Source: Heteronotia binoei (lineage: Eukaryota). From it: a stretch of DNA of 64,000 nucleotides. The translations under genes and the position numbers were made by a program. The stretch is taken from assembly GCF_032191835.1 (NCBI RefSeq), contig NC_083239.1, positions 20,522,001 through 20,586,000 of the forward strand, in the 5' to 3' direction. Positions 12,801 through 33,600 of the stretch are shown in pieces; within the stretch, counting starts at the first letter, position 1; every line of letters begins with the position of its first letter. Below the pieces are notes generated by a model. It was not told the DNA's origin, did not search any database, and worked only from the letters and a program-made list of their open reading frames with translations.

Positions 12801-15800
12801 CCTCTTAACTTACCTCATAGGCTACAGCACTCTTCCCCAAAGACAAATTCTAAACTTATCAGCTGGAAGCGGCTTGCATTCTGGAGGGATCTGCCTCAAC
12901 ACGACACTCCTGTGTGCTCACTAACCTTTGCACTGAATTGGTTCAGTTCTCCGTTTTCATGACCCACAATGATGAATTCCCCAAGAGGCCCCCATACAGC
13001 ACTGGTGATTTTGGAGTCACTGCATGGAATCTTCATATAGGGCTCGTTATTCTCTGCAGGAAACAAAAGACCCGCTTTAATAAGCCAGCAGAAACTCAGC
13101 TTCCGTTTCCTCCCATTGCTCTAGGAGTCCATCAGTGGCCAGCCATTCTACTGTTCTTATATTTACCTTTCAAAGGAGGGGGGATGTTAATAAAAAAAAT
13201 AGAAAAAGATTAATCATGGATCTCAAAATTGTTCATTCCAATTATTGCTTCTTCACTCAAGAGGCCTCACCAATCTGGCTGGAGTCCCGCAGGTCAAAGA
13301 AGCTGACGAAACACTGGTAGCCCATCTGCTTGTCTGTGGAAAACATGATGATGTTCCCTCCAAAGTCAAAGCCACAGGTTCGGACGGCGGAGTTGGTCAT
13401 GACCAGAGCCAGCTGCTTGCCTAGGCAGAGAAAAAGTCACCTCATGGTGAGAAGGGCGAGGAACTACCTTGTGTGGAATATATAGAACTTTTTCTCCATC
13501 TCCCAAAATACTAAGAACTTGAGGGCATTCAACGACGTTGATTCAGGATAAGCAAAAGGAAATACTTCTTTACTCAACAAGTGATTAAAATGTGGAATTT
13601 GCTGCCTGAGGACGTAATGATGGCACCAAATATAGATGGCTTGACAACGGGATTAGCAGATTCATAGAGGATAGGTCTATCAGTGTTTACTAGCCATGGT
13701 GACTAAAGGGGAACCTTCACACTTGGAAGTCAAATACCAGTGGCAGGAAACAGCATCAGGGGAAAACCTTAGCATCTGTGCCCTGTTGTTGTGCATCCAA
13801 AGGAGCTGATTGGCCACTTTGTGAGGCAGAATGCTGGACTAGGTGGACCACTAGTCTTATCCAGCAGGATTTTTCTTAAGTTATGTTCTTAACTAGCTCA
13901 ATGCATTTTCCTCTGCTTGCTCATCAAGGTCAAATTCTTTCCTTGCCCAGCTAGCTGACAGCCTCTTAATCGGAGACACTGAAGACTAAATTCCGGGACC
14001 ATGCAAAGTCTTTACAGCCCCTCATTCACCACCAAAGGCTGGCAGTCCCAACCTTTCACATGTTTATTCAAAAACAAGTCCAACATTTCCTGAGCAAAAG
14101 TGCATCAATGCACATAACCTCTCACATGATGAAGAAAATGAAACGAGAAAGGACAGGCTTGGGGAGAGGAGGTAGAAAAAAACAAAACAAGTTGATTAAA
14201 ATTATGCTGTAGAAGTCAATTGCACCAACAGCTGATGCCATCCTTTGCAAAAGCCTGGAGTAGCTGCAGGGATCAGAGAATGACTTAAAAATGCAAGGCG
14301 AAGCTAAGCAGCGCAAGATCTGGGAACAATCCATAAAATGCTTTGGGGTCTGGAAGGAAGTGCAGATAGGAGGTTAGCAAAGATGGGGTGGGTGGTTGTT
14401 TTTCAAAGGCATCACAGCTGAGTCCCAAAGCCTCAAAGCAGATGACCCAGTTGCAAAATGTTGCTCTAAATATTGTTTACTCTGCTTACCCATGTAGATC
14501 CAGCAGTTATCAAAGTAATTAGAACCCTGTGCTCTGTTGTACAGGTCTCCAGTTTTCTCTAGGGAACTCATATCCCCCCTCCTCCCACTGCTTACAGGAC
14601 CCTCAACAGCACCCTCCCATTTCCATGCAGCCCACTGTTTCTAAATTCAACCTGTTTCGCAGTCCCAGAGACGACAGCTGTTGTCTGCAGAACCAGTCAG
14701 CACGTGCCTCGTGTCCCCTGAAGGAGAAGTGAAGGAACTCAAAAATGAAAACCAAAGACATCTTCACGTAGTAAATGTATGCATGCCACTGCACAGTTTC
14801 AAGATCCAGGCAGAAACATGATGCCACAATCAGAATGCATTTCAAAACATGGCACCAAAGAGCATGAGGAGATTTTTGCTGCTAGTGCACTGAAATGGTT
14901 AGGGCACTGTAGTAGGGCTGGAGAGACCTGGGTTCAGTGGATGACCCTGGGCCAATCACAAGATTGTTGTGAGGAAGAAACATAAGTTACCTTGAGCTTT
15001 CAGGAGGAGTTAGGATAAAATTAGCAATGGACGAATAATGTGGTGGGCAGTGCCAGAATACTTTTTTTATTCATGTGTGCTAAATCAAGGGGTATTTCAA
15101 CTAGTGAGCCTTCCAAAAGGCATTAGATGCCCTGTGAAAATATTCTTACCTTTTTTGTTAACTTAGTTTAGCAGGCCCTGTATGTATGCAATCATCCCCT
15201 CTCAACCCACTCGACAAAGTTGGCTGTTGTCTATAAATGCAAAGTGCTTACAGCTCCGATCATTGCTTTGCTGTTACAGGCCACCTCTCTCTCTCAGAAT
15301 CTTCAAATTATGTACTGTAGTCCTGTTACATTTGCTGTGGCAGCTCTAAAATTAAGTCACTCAACTACACAACATTCTCATTTTTTTTTAATCTGAAGGA
15401 TACAGTCAGCATCAACACACCAGACAGCTCCAGTATGTCCATTATATGTGCCGAGCCTCTCACCATTGACGGAATACCAAACATTGACAATCTGGTAAGA
15501 GAGGAGTTGTGGTTACACAAAGACAAGATCCAGCAAATATATTGCAGAATATTTCAAACAATTTGTGAATTAGACACTGGAATGTTTTGAAAGCAATCAA
15601 AATCTCTTTACGTGTTGAATAAAGAACACATAACAGACAACACATTTTAAAAACTAATAAAGCTAAATCCACTAAGACACCTGAAATATACTTTTTCAGG
15701 GTTGGGTCTGAAATAGTTCTCCAGTTTTGCATATGAAGGAAAAAACAAAAAAAAGAACTAAGAGTTAAGAGATTTTTTTTTTTTTAAGTTTGACCTATAA

Positions 15801-17731
15801 AAGGGAAATACTCATCTCAACATACAGGACCACAACACAATGACTAGGAAATCAAATGTTTTGATCCAGCAATATAAAAATCAGACTTAATGTTCTTTAG
15901 GTAGTAAAGGCAGCTTATCCAATTAACAAAACCTAAAAAGGAAATTACTACCCTCCTCTCAAAAAAAAATCACCACTGGCAACTAATAAATTCTTCAGTC
16001 CTCTAGAAAGTCAACTGAAATCCTTGTGTGGCATTTGTTATCAAAAAGTATGCAGATGACCCCTTATAACCATCATAAGCAGCATGTTTCATAATAGCCA
16101 AATAAGGCTATATTGGTAGGGGGAAATTTTCCAGTTGAGAGCCAGCTGTGGTGTAGTGGTTAAGAGCGGTGGGCTCTAATCTGGAGAACTGGGTTTGATT
16201 CCCCCCTCCTCCACATGAAGCCAGCTAGGTGACCTTGGGTCAGTCACAGTTCTTTCAGAGCTGTTCTCTCCAAAGCAGTTCTCAGAAGAACTCTCTCAGT
16301 CTCACCTACCTCACAGGCAATGTTCCCTCTAAGCTGTAGAGTCTTGTGAGCAAAAATTCTACTTTGTGAGCTATTGGCATTAAAGTTGTGAGCTACTGCA
16401 TAGTGTGCTCTTGGGTCATCCTTCCTGAGCTAAGACAAAAATGTGTAAACTGGAGGCTAAAAATCTGTGAGTTAGCTCACACTAACTCAGCAGAGGGAAC
16501 ATGTGGGGAGAGGAAGGGAAGACAATTGTAAGCCACTTTGAGACTCCTTCAGGTAGTGAAAAGCGGGGTACAAAAACCGCATCTTCTTCTTCCCTGCCAC
16601 AGGTCTTAGCTCTTTTCAAGAGTATGACATTAAGCAGTGATTGTACTAGTAAGGGAGTAACTAGTAGGAGTAACTGTTTTAATGCAGGCTGGACAACTCC
16701 CCCCACCCACTTTACATGGATTGATGGATACCATGTTGCCTCCCCCTTGAAGCTTCTGAACTGATTTCAAGGACAGCCCCCAGCACAGCTCATAGTATTT
16801 GCCACTCAAAGTTTCAAAGGTTATGAATGTTGGTGGCCAGATGTGCATTTTCCAGAAAGGGACACTGCTGGCTTATTGGAGACAATAAAATGTGCTCTTA
16901 GCTACACTCTCTCCCCCCAAGCACATACCCTTCAGTTCATTTTTCACATTCTCCAGATAACAAAAGGATACCACTTTGGATTGCGCAGAACAAAAGCTCA
17001 ATAAAAACATACCGGATCTTTGGCCACTGTGAACAACAGGTCACCTTCTCGGTTATATTTTATCTGAGTAATCGACCTCTCATGGCCCTGAAGCAGGATA
17101 GGTTTCTGAAGGAATGTTGATTAAACAAACAAGCAAGTGAAAATTAGAGCCCACTTTGCTAGAAAGATGAACACTAACCCAGATATTGTTTCTGTCACCA
17201 ACAGAACAAATAAGTACAACCTACTCAATTGTCAGGATAGAGTCTACCATAGTGACTCTGGAGACAGGGACCTTTTTTCCAAAGAACTCAGGAGGTGTAC
17301 ATCATTCTTCTCCCATTTTACTCATTCTCACAACAACCCTAAGAAGTAGGTTAGGTTGAAGTGTGATTGGTCTAAGGTCAGGGGGGAACTTCAAGAAAGG
17401 AGGAACTGCTGGATCCTTCCATCCTCCACCTTAAGTCTCTTCACTACACAGATGTATCACCTATTCTCACATGGTAGGAACAGGCCAACTGATTCAATCT
17501 AGGGTTGCCAATTCTGGTTTGGCAAATTCCTGGAGATTCGGGGTGGAGCCTGGGGAGGGCGGGGTTAGGGAAGGAGCTCAGCAGGGATGCGATGCCATGC
17601 AGTCCACTCTCCAGAACTGTTCTTTCTAATGTAGATAATCAATTTTAATTCCGGGAACCCGCCAAGCTCCACATGAAGCTCACTACCCGTGTAGGCAGGC
17701 CCGACAGGCCACAGAAACCTCAACTCACCAT
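9808..17731 (-). CDS. EIF3I: Eukaryotic translation initiation factor 3 subunit I (WD40), 11 coding exons, 325 aa
   Basis: Exons 17729-17731 (ATG only), 17013-17105, 15404-15491, 14652-14717, 13271-13420, 12926-13053, 12023-12133, 11116-11205, 10522-10595, 9996-10088, 9808-9889 sum to 978 nt. Translation runs [26 protein letters not shown]...[13 protein letters not shown]. Confidence 0.98.
13480..13890 (+). mobile_element. CR1-type LINE 3' fragment; others at about 12385-12690 (-) and 41640-42040 (+)
   Basis: AAAAGGAAATACTTCTTTAC..TGTGGAATT..GCTGGACTAG(G/A)TGGACCACT(A/G)GTCT.ATC.AGCA with a TCTTATGT-type tail, shared between copies. Confidence 0.7.
14718..15403 (-). other. U12-type (minor spliceosome) GT-AG intron 3 of EIF3I
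   Basis: 5' splice site GTATCCTT. Branch-like TTCCTTCAC at 14729-14737, 8 nt upstream of the terminal CAG acceptor. Confidence 0.85.
16137..16590 (+). mobile_element. tRNA-derived SINE (Squam3-like) interrupted by a MITE at about 16318-16503; other copies at 35487-35738 (-), 42185-42410 (+) and 30745-30920 (+)
   Basis: A/B box head (TGGTGTAGTGG..GGTTTGATTCC) and a CTTCTT tail. The nested MITE has termini CAATGTTCCCTCT...AGAGGGAACA. Confidence 0.8.
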
Positions 17732-18269
17732 TGCTGCGGTTAGGAAGGGCCGGCGATAACAGCACGCGAGAAGGCAAAGGATCCACTTCCGGAGTTAGAC
17801 CGGTAAAATGCAGGATGGGAAGGAAGGCAAGTGCGGGCCACAAGTTCTTACTTCCGGTTTCCGTCACCTGACCCAAGAAACAGCGCGGTCTGGTTAGACC
17901 GGCATAACCAGACACCTGAACTTCTGGCAGCAGCCGGCAGTCGTTTTTTGCTTGGCAAAGAAAGCGTCTGTCCCTGGAAAAAAGCCGGGTTGGTTTGAGA
18001 ACGGAAGTGCCAGTAAGGACCGAGAAAAGTGGCCGCTCTAGTCTTTAATAGGTCAGAGCTCTATGGTCACAGGGCCTCATCCGCGCAATTCGAAACCGGA
18101 AATGTAATTTCCTAAGGCTTTCAACATTTCCGATGCTTAGTTCACCAAAGAAAAAGACGGAAAGCGAGTCTGTAGAGGTTGGATAGAGCCTTCCTCCGTT
18201 CGAATGTTGACTTTCGGTTTAAGCGGCACTCTGCGCTATTCGCCTCATGCGACTCTGTAGTCAATCAGC

Positions 18270-27105
<8,836 letters not shown>

Positions 27106-27675
27106 GGAGAGGGTGCCAGAGACAATGGTTAACGGCAGCCAAGGAACAGGAAGCTGTGACTGCACTCCCATTGCCGCCTTATGCAGTGGAGGAGCTCACC
27201 AGAGTCCACGCACACTAGAGCATTCAAGGTTTGCTTGGAATGTATTGTGTTCCTCCTTTCCTGATGCTTTTTGGAGCCTTTCCCTGACTTACACAGAGCC
27301 CTGGAAGAGTTGAGTTTGGACTAGAGCACTCCTATTAGAGACTGAGGAATTCAGGAAGACAAGGGACAAAGAAATGGGAGAAAACTATCTCTCCTGGCAT
27401 GGAACATGTTGATGTTCTGTTTACTTGTTAGTGGTGTGGTTTTGTAGTTAAATTCAAGTGACAATGGTCAATCTTCTCCCTTTTTAAAAAATTTCAAAAT
27501 CCATGGCTGTGGCTACCAAGCCTGCATATAAAAACAGAATTTGTATCAGGTTTTACATATTTATTTAAGAAAATCTGCAAGAGATCTCAACGAAGTCAGT
27601 ACAAATCCATAAGGATGCTTTAAAACACCCCATATCCAGGAAGAGAAAGCATGCTGGATCTCTCTCTTATTGTAG

Positions 27676-30600
27676 TCATTTCTCATATTTGGCAGAGTTC
27701 CCCTTAGCTGGACGGTGGCCAGGCTGTTGTGGAATTTCGTCCCCCAAGTCACCAGCAGCACGCTGAATCTGATGGGCCTTCTGCACTTTCTGTTGCATAG
27801 AAACAATTTTAGTTTACTTGACACCAAACATTTTAAAATCATAACTTGGAAAGCTTGTTGAGCAAGCTGGAATTGGGTTTTAACTAGTGAAGGGGGCTAG
27901 CAGAGGAAAGAGGGGGGAGCAGGAGATTCAGCATCAATGAAAAGAGGATTCTAGAATAAAGTCATTCCTGTCCTAAGCAACACATTATTTTTATTAAAAC
28001 ATGCTGCCTGCATACCAGACTAAGAGAGTTCATTACCTTGTTGGGTTGCCGTGGTTTAGATCGGGGCATAACTTCCTCTTCCACCATCTCTGCAATTTTC
28101 TGAAAGGGGGAGGGGGGACACACAAACAAAAAACTCAGGAAAAAGCAACATTCATATGCATTTAAAGATGCAGCCTTCAGTTTTTGCAAGCAGAAGGAAA
28201 TAGGTATCCTATAACCAGTTTATTCTCCAAAGGCAACAAATTCTGGAAGAATGACTTCAAATGCTGTATTCAGAGACATGCATTGCATCGCACTCCTAAG
28301 CATCTTACAGTTTGAAAGTTGTGTATAGTTTACCACAATGGGGAAATTTTTTACTATGAAATACCTGGGCACAATCCTGTTGCTATACTGACAGAACTTG
28401 TGGCAATAGGGCAACACCCAACAGGATCAAATTCCAGTGGGTGTTCAGAATTTTAAAACCACCGAACAAAGCATTTTGAACATGAATTGCACTAGCCCAG
28501 GTGCCTCTAAGAAGGCTTTTAACACCACTTACTACTTTGTGGTGCCAGAGGTCCTATTTAAAAAAAACACAGAAGACATTTGGATACATGCCAAAATACA
28601 CTCTGTGTACCTGGTCAACAGGGAATTCCACCTGTGTGTCTTCATCCTCCCCAACTTCCTGTGCACCTTGCATCTCTTTCCTTGCTCCTTTTGGTTTATA
28701 AATGCTTCCTTCTTCTGGAGATAAATAAAAAAACATCTTGTGAGCATTCTTGTACTTACTGGAGCTAGGGAAAAATAAAATTGTCCCACTAGAAAACCTT
28801 AACTTAAAAAAACTGATCTGCTAGGCACTGATCTGTGAGTTTCACTCTCTGTTCTAAAGGTTATTATTCCTAATCACAAATATGAGGGGAGAGGAAAATT
28901 GGGTCCTGTTTATGTAAAACAAGGAGCTTTGTTCCATTTCACAAAAGCGCTGTGGAGTTCTAAATCACATTAGAGAAAGTGCAGAAGAGGTATGGTTTAG
29001 CCACTTCAGTGCTTCATTAAATTCATTATCCAGCCTCCCACAACAATACAGTGATGGTTGCTAGTGCTAGTCAAATTGCTAGGACAAAGTAATGGAGTTC
29101 AGGACTAGCAAGCTTCCCTTTTCCAGGGCAACCTGCCTCCCCCTTGCAGACACTGAGGACAAAGCTCCCTTCTTAGAAGCTCTGCTTGGTCATCTGGCTG
29201 GTTGCTTTGGAAGCAGAACTTTGGACAAGATGAACCTCTTTCAGATCCATCAGTTCAAGTCTTCCATGTACTCAGTTGTAAAGGCAGTTTGGTTTTAAAA
29301 CTGCAGCCAGTTAGAACCTAATTTTCCAGAATCTGGTTCTGTCTCCCTTGTCAGTTAGGCATGAATACTCCTATTTGTGGATTACTTCTGATGGTTTATA
29401 ATAATAATTGGATGATGTCAAGCCACAACCAGCTGAAAGGGATTCCAGAGCTGTGGGGTTTTCAAGGCAAGAGCAGAGCAGAGGTGGTTTGTCATTGCTT
29501 TTCTCCGCATGACAGCGCCAGCCTCTCTTGGTGGTCTCCCATCAAAGTACTAAACATGGTCAACCCTGTTTAGTTTCCAAGCCCTGATGAGAACATGCTA
29601 ATCACGGTTATTCAGGCTGCTTACCTACTTGTTAAACCAAACATCTCCATGACACTCCTCCCCCAAGCTCTACCCAGCCCTCCACAAATACTGCTGCTGT
29701 ATATAGTTCCTAATTATCTTAAGCAAATGTCTTTTTACCTTGGTCAGACCACTGAGGAGAGTTCCAGTTGATTTGCCCAACACGAACTGGCTTTGTGTAC
29801 ATGATGCTTTCCTGCTTCTCTTCGCTGTGCAGATGTTTCCTGGCTTTTTCATGCGGTGCTGGAGAAAAGCCTAGACCGCTGTCCTTCTCTGCAACTCCTG
29901 TAGACCGCACCCTCCAAAGATCCAGCTAGAAGTCCCATTCAAAGAAAACACTCAGATGTTGTCTGAGGCTAGTTTCATCGAGGGCTTGTTACATAAGCAT
30001 GGTCATGTGCGAGGTGGGACTCAACAATGACCACTGTTGCAGTGTTCATAAACTACAGTGCTCCAGAGCTTACCTACAAGACCACATAAGTCAGCACAGC
30101 TGATGTCTTTGAGCTCCTGACTTAATCACAAAAGGAGGCTCTTTGCACTAACCAAAGTGAACCTAAATAATTTCTGAGCCTGTATAAGTGTCTGAAGCAG
30201 AAGCAGGACAGCTTCAGTTGAACGCATGAAGCTGTCTTATACTCAGGGCTTTTTTTTTTTTTGTAGCAGGAACTCCTTTGCATTTTAGGCCACACTCCTG
30301 TGATGTAGCCAATCCTCCTGGAGCTTACAGTAGGCCCTGTAATAAGAGCCCTGAGCTCTTGGAGGATTGGCTACATCAGGAGTGTGTGTCCTAATATGCA
30401 AAGGAGTTCCTGCTACAAAAAAAGGCCCCAAATGGGATCATCAAGGTCTATATTGCCTAATCACAGCAATGACTCTCCAGGGTCTCAGTATTTCGCATCA
30501 CCTGCAGCTTGATCTTTTTAACAGTAGATGCCGGGGAATGAACCGGCGACCTTAATGCCAAGCAGTGCACAACCACTGAGCCACAGCCCCTCCTCAGCTT

Positions 30601-33600
30601 TACACACAACCAGTACCAAGGTGGAAGGCTGACCACAAATTGACTTTTCTCACTGAATGCTTAAAGTGCTGAAATTATCTTGGACATACAGTCAAATGAC
30701 AATGGCTACTTTGAAAAAAAGCATACTTTGCTTGGTGAGCATAAGCTGGTATACTGGTTAGTGACTTAGGACCAGAGAGACGCAGGTTCAAACTGCTGCT
30801 TACAATGAAACACTGGGTGACTTCGGGCTAGTCACCCTCTCTGAGTCTACCCTACCTTACCGGGTTGTTGTGAGGATAGAATGAACAGGGAGAGAGTCAC
30901 ATGTATGCCAGCCTGAGGGTCTTAGGAGGAAGGTGCACTAAATGAATAATCATTATCCTAAATGACCAACATTTTATAGCCTATACAGATCAAAAGCCAT
31001 CGGGAGGGTGGGGGACAGGAAATTTTTTTATAATTTGTACTAAAATTATTTTTTTAAGATTACTTAATCTTGAAAGGTTTCTTTTGTTAATGGCCAAACC
31101 AAATTGCAAGGATAATGAAGTATTGCTTAAAGACTTCTGATTTAAAAAGCAACTTCGTATGTTGAACTCTGTTCTTGATCTGCATTAAAAACCATTACAT
31201 AAGCCTTCAAAGAAACCTTTTAACACAGTCCCTATTTTTCTTCCTTAAATCTCAAGATGGTTCCCTCATCTGTTACCTGCTGGGGCGCTTCAAGGAGTGC
31301 TGAGTCACTGACGCCGCCTTGAGAACCCAAGTGGAGTTTGCCAAGCTAACAGGAGGAGAAAGATTTCCATAAATACTAGGTGACATGTTTCTAGGCCATT
31401 TCAGCAAAAAGCAAGATCTGTTCAGCACCACCCAAACCAGACAATACTGCCAATAACACTCAGAGTTCCCACAAAAGATAAAGGAACAGCACTACTCTGT
31501 CCTCCAGAGCATCCTCCCAGTTCCTGCATCCATTCAGGAGCTAGTATCCTGCTATGGTGGGAGCAGGTGGGGAAGTGACTTGCAGGAATTATCCTATCTT
31601 GGATAAAGAACTAACAAGGAAGTAAACCCACAGCCAGCAATTGATAGAAACCTTCTGGATTCACCACTTCTTTAGCCACTTTTACAAGTACAATCCTCCT
31701 GAATTAGGTACTATTTCCAGGAATGTGATTCCCCACCCACCCACCTCCCCGCCAAATCCACCTACTTCTCGATTGCAGTTTCTTCTTCTGTTATTGGTGT
31801 GGTTTCTGAAAGCACATACATAGAAAAAAATACATTTTTAGGGAAAGGGAGCCTGGAGAGAAAAGATAATATTGCATTCCCTGATGTAGAAAAATCTGGG
31901 TTCAATCATAGGGGTCCAAAAGAGGCAAGTAACAGCAAATTCCTTCTTAGAAGCTTAGGTCTTTATTTGGTTAATCAGCACACTGCCACCTGAACAAAGC
32001 AAAACTTACATCTTATATAGGCAAAATTACATCACTACAGAAAAGTAAATTATTGATTGATAACTCAATACTGCACCAAATTAGAACCAATCAGACAATG
32101 CCATCCACCTCTTCCAAGACCTCTAAGACTTTGGTAAAACTTTTGAGAATCCTGCTAACTTGTTTGTCTCACAATCAACATTTTCTTGGGTAAATATTTG
32201 CTAGCAAAGCAATACTGCTGATGAGCTTATATTAACTTCTTAAGTAGGGGATGGGTTAAAAACATTCTTAAAAAAACTAAGCAACTACTAATTTGGAATT
32301 TATCAATACTAACAGTGCATGGCATGCATGGCCAGTATATTTCTACTACAGCTTGCTTCAGCGTTCTAATATGGCTGAGCCTTGACTTTTTCTCCATCCC
32401 CACCTAAGCCAAGTTTTATTTATTCCAAGGGACTATCTTAAATAAGAGACAGCAGGATTGATACAAATGCAAGTGGCAAATGCAACCAGATTATGATACA
32501 ACCTCCACCCACCGAAAAGACCGATGCACAATCTTTTCAGGCACCAGCAGTTCCACATAGGGCAGGTTCTTGAACTTCTCTGTTCCCACGGCCACATAGT
32601 AGTTCCCACTCATCAGTTCATCACCACAGGAAATAATATCGCCATTCAGTTGGCAGAGCCTGGCAAAGACAAACAAGGCAGGTGGCTTTGTAGTAAAGAT
32701 GACTGATGGAAAATGAGATCCAATATCAAAAATATGTTCCTCCTCTGGGACCTCACTATAGATTTGAAATAAGGCTAATAAGCTCTTCTTGCAAGAGGCC
32801 TCGCTTTATGATCTATCTCCCCCTCCCCACAACTGGGGGAGAAGGAACTGAATTATATACTAGTTGTGAAGATAATATATCACATGCCATTGTGACTTCA
32901 GAACCTGAGTCAAACATCAAACTACTGTGAATGTATTTTTGCCTCTTGGTTGAGAATGGTGTCTTGAACATTCCAAATACTGTTGTTGGTGCTCATGGCA
33001 CAAACACCCAGAATGCCAAACACTCCCAACTAACAAAGCCTCACCTTCCTTGACTATGACTTCATCTGGATGTTTGTAACCACTGCAAATAAATTTCAAT
33101 TAATAAACCACATGCCTTCAGTTTATTCTTTTGAAAAATTAATAAAGATCACAACCTGCAGGGATAAAGGAAAAGATAATATCCCCCCCATTAAGAAATA
33201 GGGGGGGAATATTAAAATTACAGACATAAACTGGTTTAATAGTAATTCCTTCTCCCCGCAGAAGCTTGGGAACTAGTTGTGCAAATTGGATCTCAAGCAG
33301 AATTCTCAGCACTTTGCTCATTCCCCAAGATTCTTTGAAGGAAATGCCATGGCATTTAAACAAGTTTATGTTTGTAATGTAGATCTGTTCATCAGAAATA
33401 CCTGAGATTGACTAATCACCAGTCAACAGCAGACTCAGAGAAGTGATTGGGTGATCCACAAACCTCTTGGAAAGGACCCCTGCCCCAGTACTGGAGCTCA
33501 CTTTGCCAGTGGGGCTCCGGCATGCCAAGAACCTTCATGCAGAGGCCCCTTAAAGCCCAATCCCAGAAACTCTGTGGGCATGAAGCAGTACACAGCTCAT

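Noticed and set aside
33046-33083. Possible 38-nt DCDC2B exon (AG/GT bounded)
   Set aside because: Exons 4 and 5 already join in phase (K-LCQL), and inclusion would shift the frame within the DCX domain; at most an NMD-type cryptic exon.
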